64,000 bases of DNA, from the NCBI GenBank assembly GCA_019358935.1, contig JAHHIK010000009.1, positions 32,001 to 96,000 on the forward strand, written 5' to 3'. Shown here piece after piece: positions 29,816-38,633 of this stretch. The position numbers and the translations under genes are program-made. Below the pieces are notes generated by a model, which was not told where the DNA came from, did not search any database, and worked only from the letters and a program-made list of their open reading frames with translations. This DNA comes from Tolypothrix carrinoi HA7290-LM1. Lineage in GTDB: Bacteria > Cyanobacteriota > Cyanobacteriia > Cyanobacteriales > Nostocaceae. The stretch's first letter is position 1; each line of letters starts with the position of its first letter.

Positions 29816-32518
29816 TTAGACTATTTGTACTTCTTGTTGGATTAAATTTTGAAGTATAAGTAATCCAACTTGTTTGGAGATTGCTGTATTGTCATCGGGG
29901 CATCTGTAAATAACAGTACAGTTTGAACACCCGTGCTTGCATGGACAATTTTCCACTAAGAATCTTGCCCTCGATACGGCTTTTTCCAGATATTGAAATA
30001 GTGTATTGCACATTCCGGTTCCTCCCTCAACTGTATCGAAGAAGTAGCCGACTAAGTTAGGCTGAGTTGGTTCTTCATAAAGCATAAAGTCAATATCTTT
30101 ACTACTAGCACCATGTTCAACTAGTGGTAATGCTAGCATCAGTTGATGTGCTAGACTGTGGATACAAATGTCGGTTTCTTTATATTCAAATAACTCCCTC
30201 TCCTCTTTTGGAATGTACTTCTGATTCTTTATTGGTAACCTAATTTGCTCTACTTTTGACTTGAAGAAATTTCTCGCTTGTCGGTCTATCTCAATTTGCA
30301 AACAACTGGTAGAACAGCTAATAGTCAAAGCTTCCTTATATAATACTTCTTCTACTAGTTGGATTATGTCTTTATCTGTGAGTTCGCTGTTGCATATGGA
30401 ACAGTTTTGTAGTTTACTTGCTAGAGATTGATTGTGGTTTCTGCAATCTTGGTTTGGACAAGTCCATTTTGACTCTCGATTGTATAACCTGTATCCGGAC
30501 ACTGACTCAGAGATGTTACATATTTTAGGAGTAAGTTTTATTACTCCCATTGGCAGTTTGATTGACTTTGCTTCCCCAGTAGTTTTAACTTCCTCAAATT
30601 TAATTAGTCCTTGAGGGCGGGTAAATAAATTTGTTTGTCCAATAGGCTTGAGGAAAGCTTGCCCTTCTTGGATTTTTAACTCTGATGATTTATACCAAAC
30701 TGGATTACCATCAAAATCCTGGGCTGTATAAATTGCATTAGGGTATACTTCTCTTAAAGCAGTGTTGACCGCACTTTGTTCAAACTCCTCCCCAGTTGAG
30801 GTGTTGATATAGTTGATATTGTTGCTTCTGCTCCCCCTAATCTTGATATCGCCGTGTACGTAACCTAAATTGCGGGCGCACGCTAGCTTGCTGTTGAAGC
30901 TGTACACGAGCTTGTTTTCTTGAAGAAGTTGGTTTGCGATCGCAAGTCCAGTTTGTCCGAAATGCTTGCTGATTTGGTTGATTGTCGGGCGTGACTCTTT
31001 GCAGCAGGCTAGAATATGGCACGCGAGTAGATTTTCAAAATTGGGGTTGAAGTTGATGATCTCCGGTGGGTCGGTTAACAACCGTTCGGGATTTTTCGAG
31101 TAGTAAGAGTCTAAAATAGACTGTTTGGAAGGTATGAAGACAACTAGCCCTTCTTGTTTTCTGCCGGCACGACCTGCCCTTTGCCGGAAGGATAGGATGC
31201 TTCCAGGATACTTGCAAATCAGGACGGCATCAATACAGCCGAGGTCTAACCCCGCTTCGAGAGCTGACGTTGACACGATAAACTTGATTTCCCCAGATTT
31301 GATATCTGCAATGATTTTCCTCCTTTGGTTGTTTTTCAAATTGGCGTAAAATGCAGAAATACTATTTTGGAGGTGAAATAACCCATTTTCAGTTAATATT
31401 TTGCGGATTGTTTGGGTTAGGGTTTTGACCATTTCTCTGCTGTCGCAAAAGCATATTCCCACCACATCTTTACTGACAAGTGAAGCTGCTATTTCGGCGG
31501 TTGCGTACAAAGTACTATTCTGGGGTTTGAGACTGATAAATGTGGTTTCAGCTTTTCTTGCACCGCTTTGGCTAATTACTGTAAAATTGCTTTTACGGTT
31601 GGAAATCTTTTGGGCTATCTCTTGGCTATTGCTGATAGTAGCTGAGGCAAAGATATATTGTAATTTGGATATATCACTTCCAGCTAGTTTTATCAGTAGT
31701 TGAGTGCGACGGTTTAGCAAAGCGAAATTGCTACCAAAAATACCACTATAGTAATGAGCCTCATCAACCGTGATTATGGAAATTTTGCGTAGTGTTTCAA
31801 TGAAGTTATAGTTATCAAATTGGTAGTTGGTAAGCTCGTGATTCCAAACATCGGGCGTGACGCAAATAATCGAGGGTTTATGTGTATAAAGCTTTTTGCG
31901 CTCTTGGGATGGAGTATCGCCATTAATATTTAGAATTGCGGGGCGGATAGGCTCTGGTAGGAGATTGATAAACTCCTTTATTTTCTCCTCTTGGTCAAAT
32001 GCAAGGGCTTTGAGGTTGAAGAAGATGATACATGAATTGCCTTTGAGACATTCGTGAATAACTGGAAGTAGGAATGAAATCGATTTTCCACTACTTGTTG
32101 GAGTTTCGAGAATGATATCTGATGATTGGTTGTATGCTGACCATGCTTGAATCTGGTGGGAGTATAATTGATTAATTCCTAATTGAGCGAGAGCCATACT
32201 TACTGCTGGATGGACATTTTCTGGTATTGGTTGATAGTTTGCCGCTTGTTCGGGAATTATATCGCAGTGGGCAAGTTTATTTCTACCTTCTAGCTCAGAT
32301 GCTATTTGTTGATAAATTAAACTTCTTGGAGATAGAGCATTTTGAACAGGGCTAAGATTTCCTTGTTCTATTTCCTCCCTCCAATTGAAGATAACTTGGC
32401 TAATATTCCCTTTTATGAAATGGAGATTTTCGCCAATAATTGTGCTAATTTGAATTGTTCCGTACTGTTTGGAGTAAATGCTGCGACTTGGTTGTAACCA
32501 CTCTGGTCGGTTGTTCAT
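29816..32518 (-). CDS. SF2 DEAH helicase with a C-terminal DUF1998/4-Cys zinc domain (Hrq1/MrfA/SftH-like)
   Basis: LYSHQ, TPTSSGKS, VDEAH, ASAT, STSALEAGLD, QRAGRAGR, FDTVEGGTG, CPCKHGCSNC...C. Confidence 0.9.
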   Translation of the reverse strand: MNNRPEWLQPSRSIYSKQYGTIQISTIIGENLHFIKGNISQVIFNWREEIEQGNLSPVQNALSPRSLIYQQIASELEGRNKLAHCDIIPEQAANYQPIPENVHPAVSMALAQLGINQLYSHQIQAWSAYNQSSDIILETPTSSGKSISFLLPVIHECLKGNSCIIFFNLKALAFDQEEKIKEFINLLPEPIRPAILNINGDTPSQERKKLYTHKPSIICVTPDVWNHELTNYQFDNYNFIETLRKISIITVDEAHYYSGIFGSNFALLNRRTQLLIKLAGSDISKLQYIFASATISNSQEIAQKISNRKSNFTVISQSGARKAETTFISLKPQNSTLYATAEIAASLVSKDVVGICFCDSREMVKTLTQTIRKILTENGLFHLQNSISAFYANLKNNQRRKIIADIKSGEIKFIVSTSALEAGLDLGCIDAVLICKYPGSILSFRQRAGRAGRKQEGLVVFIPSKQSILDSYYSKNPERLLTDPPEIINFNPNFENLLACHILACCKESRPTINQISKHFGQTGLAIANQLLQENKLVYSFNSKLACARNLGYVHGDIKIRGSRSNNINYINTSTGEEFEQSAVNTALREVYPNAIYTAQDFDGNPVWYKSSELKIQEGQAFLKPIGQTNLFTRPQGLIKFEEVKTTGEAKSIKLPMGVIKLTPKICNISESVSGYRLYNRESKWTCPNQDCRNHNQSLASKLQNCSICNSELTDKDIIQLVEEVLYKEALTISCSTSCLQIEIDRQARNFFKSKVEQIRLPIKNQKYIPKEERELFEYKETDICIHSLAHQLMLALPLVEHGASSKDIDFMLYEEPTQPNLVGYFFDTVEGGTGMCNTLFQYLEKAVSRARFLVENCPCKHGCSNCTVIYRCPDDNTAISKQVGLLILQNLIQQEVQIV

Positions 32519-32963
32519 AAAAAACTACCTACTTGTTGTTTGTAACAAGTAGGCGTTAGCGATGGCGGTGGTTTTTATGCAAGCAAATTATAGTCATTAA
32601 TTTGTGGCTTTCAAATTTAGATAAAATTTACCGGAGAATAACCTTTCCGGTAAATCTTTATTGTAATGGGATTGTCTACGCCGCAGTAAACAACGTAATT
32701 AATTATACAATATTTCTCAATTGCCAAAAAAATAATCAAAATAATACTAGGAATTACGGTTTGTTAGATGTTTGAGGGTAATAAAACTTCTGATATAGTT
32801 ACTGATGTAGATATTGTTATTTGAAATTTTTGTATTTCAAATACGAATATGATTTAGCTTCATGATGTTTTTATATAAGTAAGTGAATTTTTATTAAAGG
32901 TAATATCAACTTGACGATTTAAATATATGGGTTAATTTGGATTATGTATGCGGGTGTTTATTT

Positions 32964-33377
32964 ATGAATTTTGAACAGACATCTCAAGTTAATTTGATAA
33001 TTGAGCGGGCGAAACAAGAGAAATTTAATGATAACGAAATTGCCCTGTACGACGATTTTTTGATTGAAGGGGGAATAAAAAATCCTGCCAAGATGACGGA
33101 GCAAGATGCCACTAATTTTGTGAATTTTCTAGACAGTTGTGATGCTTCTAACGAATTTGTGGCGATGGCTTTAACTAGATTGGCGCAGATTGCCCCTCAG
33201 GGTGCGATGGCAAGAATACTGGAAAGTGATTCTGACGGTGATGGTCTAACCCTTGCTGAGGAGCTAAAACTTGGAACCAAAGCTACTGAATTTGATACAC
33301 CTGCCGAGATAGCTGCCTCGCAACAACGGCAATTTCAGGCTTTCTCATCCAAAGATTCTGCGGCATTTGAACTTTAA
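32964..33377 (+). CDS. Hypothetical protein with a DxDGDG calcium-binding-like repeat
   Basis: DSDGDGLTLAEELKLGT motif. Confidence 0.6.
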   Translation: MNFEQTSQVNLIIERAKQEKFNDNEIALYDDFLIEGGIKNPAKMTEQDATNFVNFLDSCDASNEFVAMALTRLAQIAPQGAMARILESDSDGDGLTLAEELKLGTKATEFDTPAEIAASQQRQFQAFSSKDSAAFEL

Positions 33378-33439
33378 ATAGACCTAAGAAGCATTCTGAT
33401 GAACGTTGTCAGCATCTCGCTCAAAAATACTAACAACGC

Positions 33440-33551
33440 ATTTTGAGAATTAATTGCAAAATATATGCAAGGAGTTTTGGGCAGCTGGATGCGATTTTCC
33501 AACATGACCCAAGGAAGGTCTAGGGGATTTATAGTTTTTATCTTCAATCAT
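33440..33551 (-). pseudogene. GIY-YIG-like nuclease N-terminal remnant
   Basis: ATG at 33551, a frameshift, then NPLDLPWVMLENRIQLPKTPCIYFAINSQN; the YIG half is absent. Confidence 0.5.
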
Positions 33552-33685
33552 CCTCAAAAATTTCTTCTAGTGTTAGCGGTTTACCCGCTAATTCAGAAGC
33601 CAAATCTCTAAGCTTAAACAAAGTTTCAAACTGCCCCCGTTCCAGTTGTCCTTTTTTGGCAGCTGACAGGGTTCTCTTATCAATA
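33544..33685 (-). pseudogene. HTH-like regulator remnant
   Basis: IDKRTLSAAKKGQLERGQFETLFKLRDLASELAGKPLTLEEIFEDD* has no in-frame start; its stop overlaps the GIY-YIG remnant start. Confidence 0.4.
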
Positions 33686-33879
33686 CGTCAACGTAGGTAT
33701 GCTAAAGGATATAACAAAGGGCGATCGCTCTTCCCTATAAGCAAAGCAATAAGTGCGATCTTCCCCCCATCACTATTGCTTAACTTCAGTTTTGACAGAT
33801 GGAAGGAGAATTACGAGAAGAGAGAAAATAACTCGACACAAACAGGGCGCTGTTTGTTGCATTTTGAAGTGCGGCTGCG

Positions 33880-33932
33880 ATCGCACAAGTGAAATCGCGG
33901 GTACGCCATCGCACAAGTGAAATCGCGGGTAC
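33880..33932. repeat. Perfect 25-bp direct repeat
   Basis: atcgcacaagtgaaatcgcgggtac at 33880 and 33908. Confidence 0.9.
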
Positions 33933-34272
33933 TTCAAAAGCACCTTTCCCTTAACTCCCTTTCTCAATCCACTCCCGTCCCGCTTTTTCCGCCGCTTCCG
34001 CTGTGTAATAAATTTTGCGTTCCCCGAACACTGCACCGCCCGGACTAACCACCCGAAACTGCCTTTACTTGAGCTTCAGTATAAAATACTACGCTTAGTA
34101 ACATTCTGGATGCTAGTGCTAGGTGAACTGTGGTTTTAGTCATAGTGCGAGTGTTACAACAGTAGCGTTCTAACTATGGGATTATATTGCGTGAGCGATG
34201 GCGCTCCGCGCCCGTCGTAGACGATCGCATAAAAATCTGGGAGATAAGCGGAGTGCGTAAACGCTTTCATAC

Positions 34273-34530
34273 CTATTTCTGGTCATCGTTTCCTTTTTCT
34301 GGTATGTAAGTTAGTAATTCCCCAGGTTGACAGTTGAGAGCTTTGCAGTATTTTTCCAATGTCTCTCGCTCCAGTCTTTCTGGCATAACTCTCATATTTT
34401 TGTGTTTGCTAACAGTGACGTGGTGCAATCCCGCCATGTCAGCCAATTGCTTGTAATCAACTTCTCTATCAGCCATCAATACTGCTAAACGCCACTTTAT
34501 TGGCATGGATTCTTCTATAACTCTCAGCAT
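34273..34530 (-). CDS. Cro/C1-type HTH transcriptional regulator
   Basis: LAVLMADR...LADMAGL...TLEKYCKALNCQPGELL. Confidence 0.85.
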   Translation of the reverse strand: MLRVIEESMPIKWRLAVLMADREVDYKQLADMAGLHHVTVSKHKNMRVMPERLERETLEKYCKALNCQPGELLTYIPEKGNDDQK

Positions 34531-34667
34531 ATCTAACTTACACCGCCTTTAAAATGGCGCATTAACGGCTGCGACTATGGTATAAAGCTCTGCGAAGAAC
34601 CAGTTAGTTGATAATTTGATTTTTTTAATCGTTGCGACTAATATGATAACTACAGCCACTAATTAAA

Positions 34668-34728
34668 AAGGCGATCGCGAAGCGCGCCAAGAAGCTGCGA
34701 TACCAAAGGCGCGCTTCGCGATCGCCTT
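34668..34728. repeat. Perfect 21-bp inverted repeat with a HIP1 site in each arm
   Basis: aaggcgatcgcgaagcgcgcc ... ggcgcgcttcgcgatcgcctt with a 19-bp loop. Confidence 0.9.
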
Positions 34729-34765
34729 CAACGTAGTAAACCCCCACTAACGGGAGACAAACACA

Positions 34766-35146
34766 ATGATGACACAATCACAAACGCTCGTTATTGACTC
34801 TCAAGCGATCGCCCAATTGGAACTTGAGTTGTACATAGCTCAACAAGCAGGGGCGACAGCACTCGAAGAGGGCGGAAATTATGCCGTGCAGCCCACAAAG
34901 AAAGGCTTTTTACCTGACGCTGATGCTCAAAACGTACCTATCCTCAGCCAGGGAAGTTCCCAAACAGAGCCAAACCGGGAACCACTTAAACATCTATTAA
35001 TTGGTACGGCGAGAACTGTAACCAGCACAATTCACTACTTACAAGTAATTGGTTATGCGGATGTTGGCGATTGGAGTCCACTACTGCCAAGTCCTAATCC
35101 AGGCGAGGTAATGAGTATTTTGGTGCGCTCAATCTTGGTGCAGTAG
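34766..35146 (+). CDS. Cyanobacterial hypothetical protein
   Basis: EPLKHLLIG...TIHYLQVIGYA...WSPLLP...GEVMSIL; divergent from the HTH gene. Confidence 0.65.
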   Translation: MMTQSQTLVIDSQAIAQLELELYIAQQAGATALEEGGNYAVQPTKKGFLPDADAQNVPILSQGSSQTEPNREPLKHLLIGTARTVTSTIHYLQVIGYADVGDWSPLLPSPNPGEVMSILVRSILVQ

Positions 35147-35148
35147 TT

Positions 35149-36126
35149 ATGACAGATAATTCACAAACTCAACTTGATTCGTTAAATCCTCAAACCGAGT
35201 ATGATTCGCCCTGGAAAGATGTCTTAGAAAGATATTTTGAAGATTTCATGCTATTTTTCTTCCCCCAAGCACATCGAAGGATTGATTGGACTAGGAAGCA
35301 TGAATTCCTCGATAAAGAACTGCTTTCTGTGGTTGGCGATGCAGAAATTGGTACACGATTTGCCGATAAATTAGTCAAGATTTATCGTATTTCTGGAGAA
35401 GAAAATTGGATACTTATTCATGTCGAAATTCAAAGTCAAGAAGAATCTAATTTTGCTTTACGGATGTACACCTACAATTATCGTATTTACGACAAATATC
35501 AAAAGTTTGTAGTATCTCTGGCTATTCTCGGTGATGAAAACCCAAATTGGCGACCATCGCAATTTAATTCTCAACTATTTGGTTGTGGGATAAGTTTTCG
35601 ATTTCCAGTAATAAAACTGCTAGACTACGAACAAAGGTTGTCGGAGCTTGAAGCTAGTCGCAATCCCTTTACTATTGTGGTTATGGCGCATCTACAAGCT
35701 AAGGCAACAACCAGCAATCGCACCGAGCGCAAGCAGCAAAAATTAACTTTGGTAAAAAGGTTGTATGACTTAGGATTTGAGCGGGATTCGATAATTATCT
35801 TATTCAAGTTCATCGATTGGATGATGACTTTACCCGCTAATTTAGCACGGGAGTTTTGGCAAGAATATAGTAGTTTTGAGGAATCTAGACGTATGCAGTA
35901 TGTAACGAGCGTTGAGCGCATTGGCATTGAGAAAGGTACTCGCAAAGGTTTATTACAAGGAATTGACACCTGTTTGCAATTGAAATTTGGTGCAATGCAG
36001 TCAGAACTATTTGAGGAAATTTCCCAAATTCAAGATGTCGAGCAATTGGAAGCAATTTTAACTGCATTAAAAACAGTTAACACGGTGGAGGAATTAAGAG
36101 AAATTTACCAACCGATAACTGAGTAA
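35149..36126 (+). CDS. Rpn/YhgA-like PD-(D/E)XK nuclease (putative transposase family)
   Basis: YDSPWK, FLDKEL, ADKLVK, IHVEIQSQ, RMYTYNYR, internal MQYVTSVER. Confidence 0.8.
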   Translation: MTDNSQTQLDSLNPQTEYDSPWKDVLERYFEDFMLFFFPQAHRRIDWTRKHEFLDKELLSVVGDAEIGTRFADKLVKIYRISGEENWILIHVEIQSQEESNFALRMYTYNYRIYDKYQKFVVSLAILGDENPNWRPSQFNSQLFGCGISFRFPVIKLLDYEQRLSELEASRNPFTIVVMAHLQAKATTSNRTERKQQKLTLVKRLYDLGFERDSIIILFKFIDWMMTLPANLAREFWQEYSSFEESRRMQYVTSVERIGIEKGTRKGLLQGIDTCLQLKFGAMQSELFEEISQIQDVEQLEAILTALKTVNTVEELREIYQPITE

Positions 36127-36645
36127 GCCATGAATAGAGAGCAAGCACGCTTGCGATCGCTAACGATGCTAATAACTTGAGTAATCAAGGCTTACAGCGT
36201 TCTTCGGCAAGGAAGATATCGTGAAGGGCATAGCTTAATCCGTGGCTACTGTTGAAGCTGGCAGACAGTGCCGACAGTTTTTAAAACAGCCAAAAATAGA
36301 ACGAGGTTTAGCAATACTCGAACAAATGCACAAGCAGTAATTGCTGTATTGCTGCAATCGCCGAACACCCCCAACCTGATTGGGGGTTATTTTGTGCCAT
36401 CCAACATAAGCAACCATAAAGTACATGCATCCACTATTATTTGTCAAGCTGTCTTGACTATTTGTAATAATATTGTGAAATTTATTACCTGCCCTTGGTA
36501 CTTATTGAGGGATTTTCTTTGAAGGGCAATGAAATTACGGATAGAAGCCCAGATAACTTTAGTTTTTTGCTCATCCAAGCAACTCTATATTTCATAGTTA
36601 TTCTATTATAACTTCATCCATTTATATGTAAATAGAAAGTGGTGA

Positions 36646-37470
36646 TTATATGCCGAAGCCGAAAATGATATTTATTACATCATCTAGACTAAGTTTGAAT
36701 TTGCGCGCAATGTTATTTATATTTGCCTCTCCATTCATGTGTTCTTCTAATATTAGGCGAATAGTTGATTCAGATATTTTAACTTTTTTATCTTGACCGA
36801 TACTGATATAAAAGTTTTTGATAAACTTGTTTATTTCTGCTCGTTCGAGTTCTTGCCAATATTTTTTACGATTGCTCCAAAAGCAATTGCCGGGTGCGTA
36901 ATTTACTGTGGTATCAATACGAGCAATTATTGTATTATTTGGGGCTTTTCCCATATCTAGAAGAAACTGGTTAAAGTTATCTCTCCAAGATGGATGTACT
37001 TCAATTCCACATCCCCCATGTTTTTTGTAAAAAGGGTGATTTTTATTATAGCAAGCTTGTTTTATATAGTTCCAAGAATGGTATTCTCTCAAGTTTTCTG
37101 GATTAATTTTGAGCGATAATTCTCTTCTCAGACAACCGCAGCTATTAGTGCTGTTGCTGATTAAACTATGCTTGTACACATATTTTTCAGTCCCGCAGCT
37201 ACATCTCACCAAGACTTTTGCTAACCTACCTAGTTGTTTTATCTCTTGGTTATCAATTACTGTTAGTCTACCGAAAATTGTACCTATTTCTAGAAGGCTT
37301 CCTTTTTTGACGCAACCACAACTTTTTGTCTTGCCGTTTAAAAGATTAAACTTAAATACTTTTCTTTGGATTTCGCAGGCTGTACACTGGCATAGTATTT
37401 CCGTCCCTTGGTTTTCAAGTACCTGCCAGTAACCAAACTTTTCTCCAATGTCAATAGTTCGACTACGCAT
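36646..37470 (-). CDS. Phage-type HNH-related protein with two Cys-rich repeats
   Basis: Two G..FG...V...C.C...K.V....L....T.SCGC repeats, then GG.GIEV...W...F..F..DMG....RID....Y.PGNC.W. Confidence 0.7.
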   Translation of the reverse strand: MRSRTIDIGEKFGYWQVLENQGTEILCQCTACEIQRKVFKFNLLNGKTKSCGCVKKGSLLEIGTIFGRLTVIDNQEIKQLGRLAKVLVRCSCGTEKYVYKHSLISNSTNSCGCLRRELSLKINPENLREYHSWNYIKQACYNKNHPFYKKHGGCGIEVHPSWRDNFNQFLLDMGKAPNNTIIARIDTTVNYAPGNCFWSNRKKYWQELERAEINKFIKNFYISIGQDKKVKISESTIRLILEEHMNGEANINNIARKFKLSLDDVINIIFGFGI

Positions 37471-37612
37471 ATATAGTAATATTAGGTGATTTTTAATTTT
37501 TAGTATTTCTTTTTTAATGATAAAGTAAGTAATGAAAATTCCTCAAGTTTAAATGCTAAACTTGAGGATTCAGGGAACTGCAAAGAGCATTGGATAGGCA
37601 ATAGGCTTTCTT

Positions 37613-37990
37613 TTAAGCAGCGAGTCCCATCAAAGCGTATACCTGATCCAAACGGGGTTGATGTTTTTCCTCTGTACTCGACACTAGATTTAACCATTCG
37701 CATTTGGTAAGAGTGTAGAGATTGTATGTCTCGTTTGGCTCAACGATAAATTTATCGCCAAAAGCGGCGATGAACGAGTATGACTTTTTGGTGAGGGTAT
37801 TTTTGACAGATACCTGTACCCTGCCGGAGATAATTATAAACAGTTCGCTTTCATCTTTTTGAGAGTAGCTACCGTGAGTTTTGCGTTCTTGGAGGCATTG
37901 ATAATTTACTTTTACCCAGGAGCCTTTTGTATGGCTGAAAGAGAAATTATTTTCCTCGGTAATTGAAACTGAGGATGTTAGTATTTGCAT
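37613..37990 (-). CDS. Cupin-fold protein
   Basis: ELFIIISGRVQV...GDKFIVEPN. Confidence 0.55.
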   Translation of the reverse strand: MQILTSSVSITEENNFSFSHTKGSWVKVNYQCLQERKTHGSYSQKDESELFIIISGRVQVSVKNTLTKKSYSFIAAFGDKFIVEPNETYNLYTLTKCEWLNLVSSTEEKHQPRLDQVYALMGLAA

Positions 37991-38358
37991 GATTGTTTAC
38001 CTGTTTTCAATTGAATGAGATGGATTTCTACAGCAAAGAGAATTTCGTCGCAAGTTTCAGCTTCGTTCAAGTCCTTATTTTTATTTATGGCATCTATAAG
38101 GTTATTTATTTCTATTAAATTCATTCCTTCTACAAGAGCTAATGCTTCATTTAGGTTATCGCTATATTCCCCTGTTCGATGATTTAAATTTTTGAAGATA
38201 GCGTTATAGTTACCTGCCATTTCTACTGCTATTGCCCAAACGCATAATTTTGCTTGAAATTCTACTTTCTCATGTGACTCTAGCTTTTCTAAGTGATTGC
38301 CGAATCTTGTAAACAAATTATTTGGTTTGGTGGTAAATGCTCTTACTTTTGAAAACAT
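37978..38358 (-). CDS. Hypothetical protein
   Basis: 126 aa; overlaps the cupin gene. Confidence 0.55.
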   Translation of the reverse strand: MFSKVRAFTTKPNNLFTRFGNHLEKLESHEKVEFQAKLCVWAIAVEMAGNYNAIFKNLNHRTGEYSDNLNEALALVEGMNLIEINNLIDAINKNKDLNEAETCDEILFAVEIHLIQLKTGKQSCKY

Positions 38359-38633
38359 CTTTCAATCTGACCTTGATTTATTCATAATCTATCAGTATTT
38401 TTACTATTATTGATGTCTTATATTTAAGCTTTTGATGAAGATTTTTAAGTTTGAATTACCTCATCTTTTTAAAGATATTATTTATAGATGAGAAATAATC
38501 TTCAAAATCTTTATATTTTTATAAAGCAGAATACTAAGTATTCTTACTGTTGTAATTTTTCGTAATTAACAATATTTTCAAAGCCGTATTTACATATTTC
38601 CGGGGCTTTCAAGCGGTTTTTTTGTAAATAATC

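Noticed and set aside
29816..32518. DISARM or Druantia defence system based on the DUF1998 helicase
   Set aside because: No DrmA/DrmB split, phospholipase D, SNF2 or Druantia partners. The context is primase and replication genes.
33400..34270. oriT in the long apparent intergenic region
   Set aside because: Much of it is explained by decayed HTH and GIY-YIG genes and HIP1-linked repeats. No recognisable nic site or adjacent relaxase.
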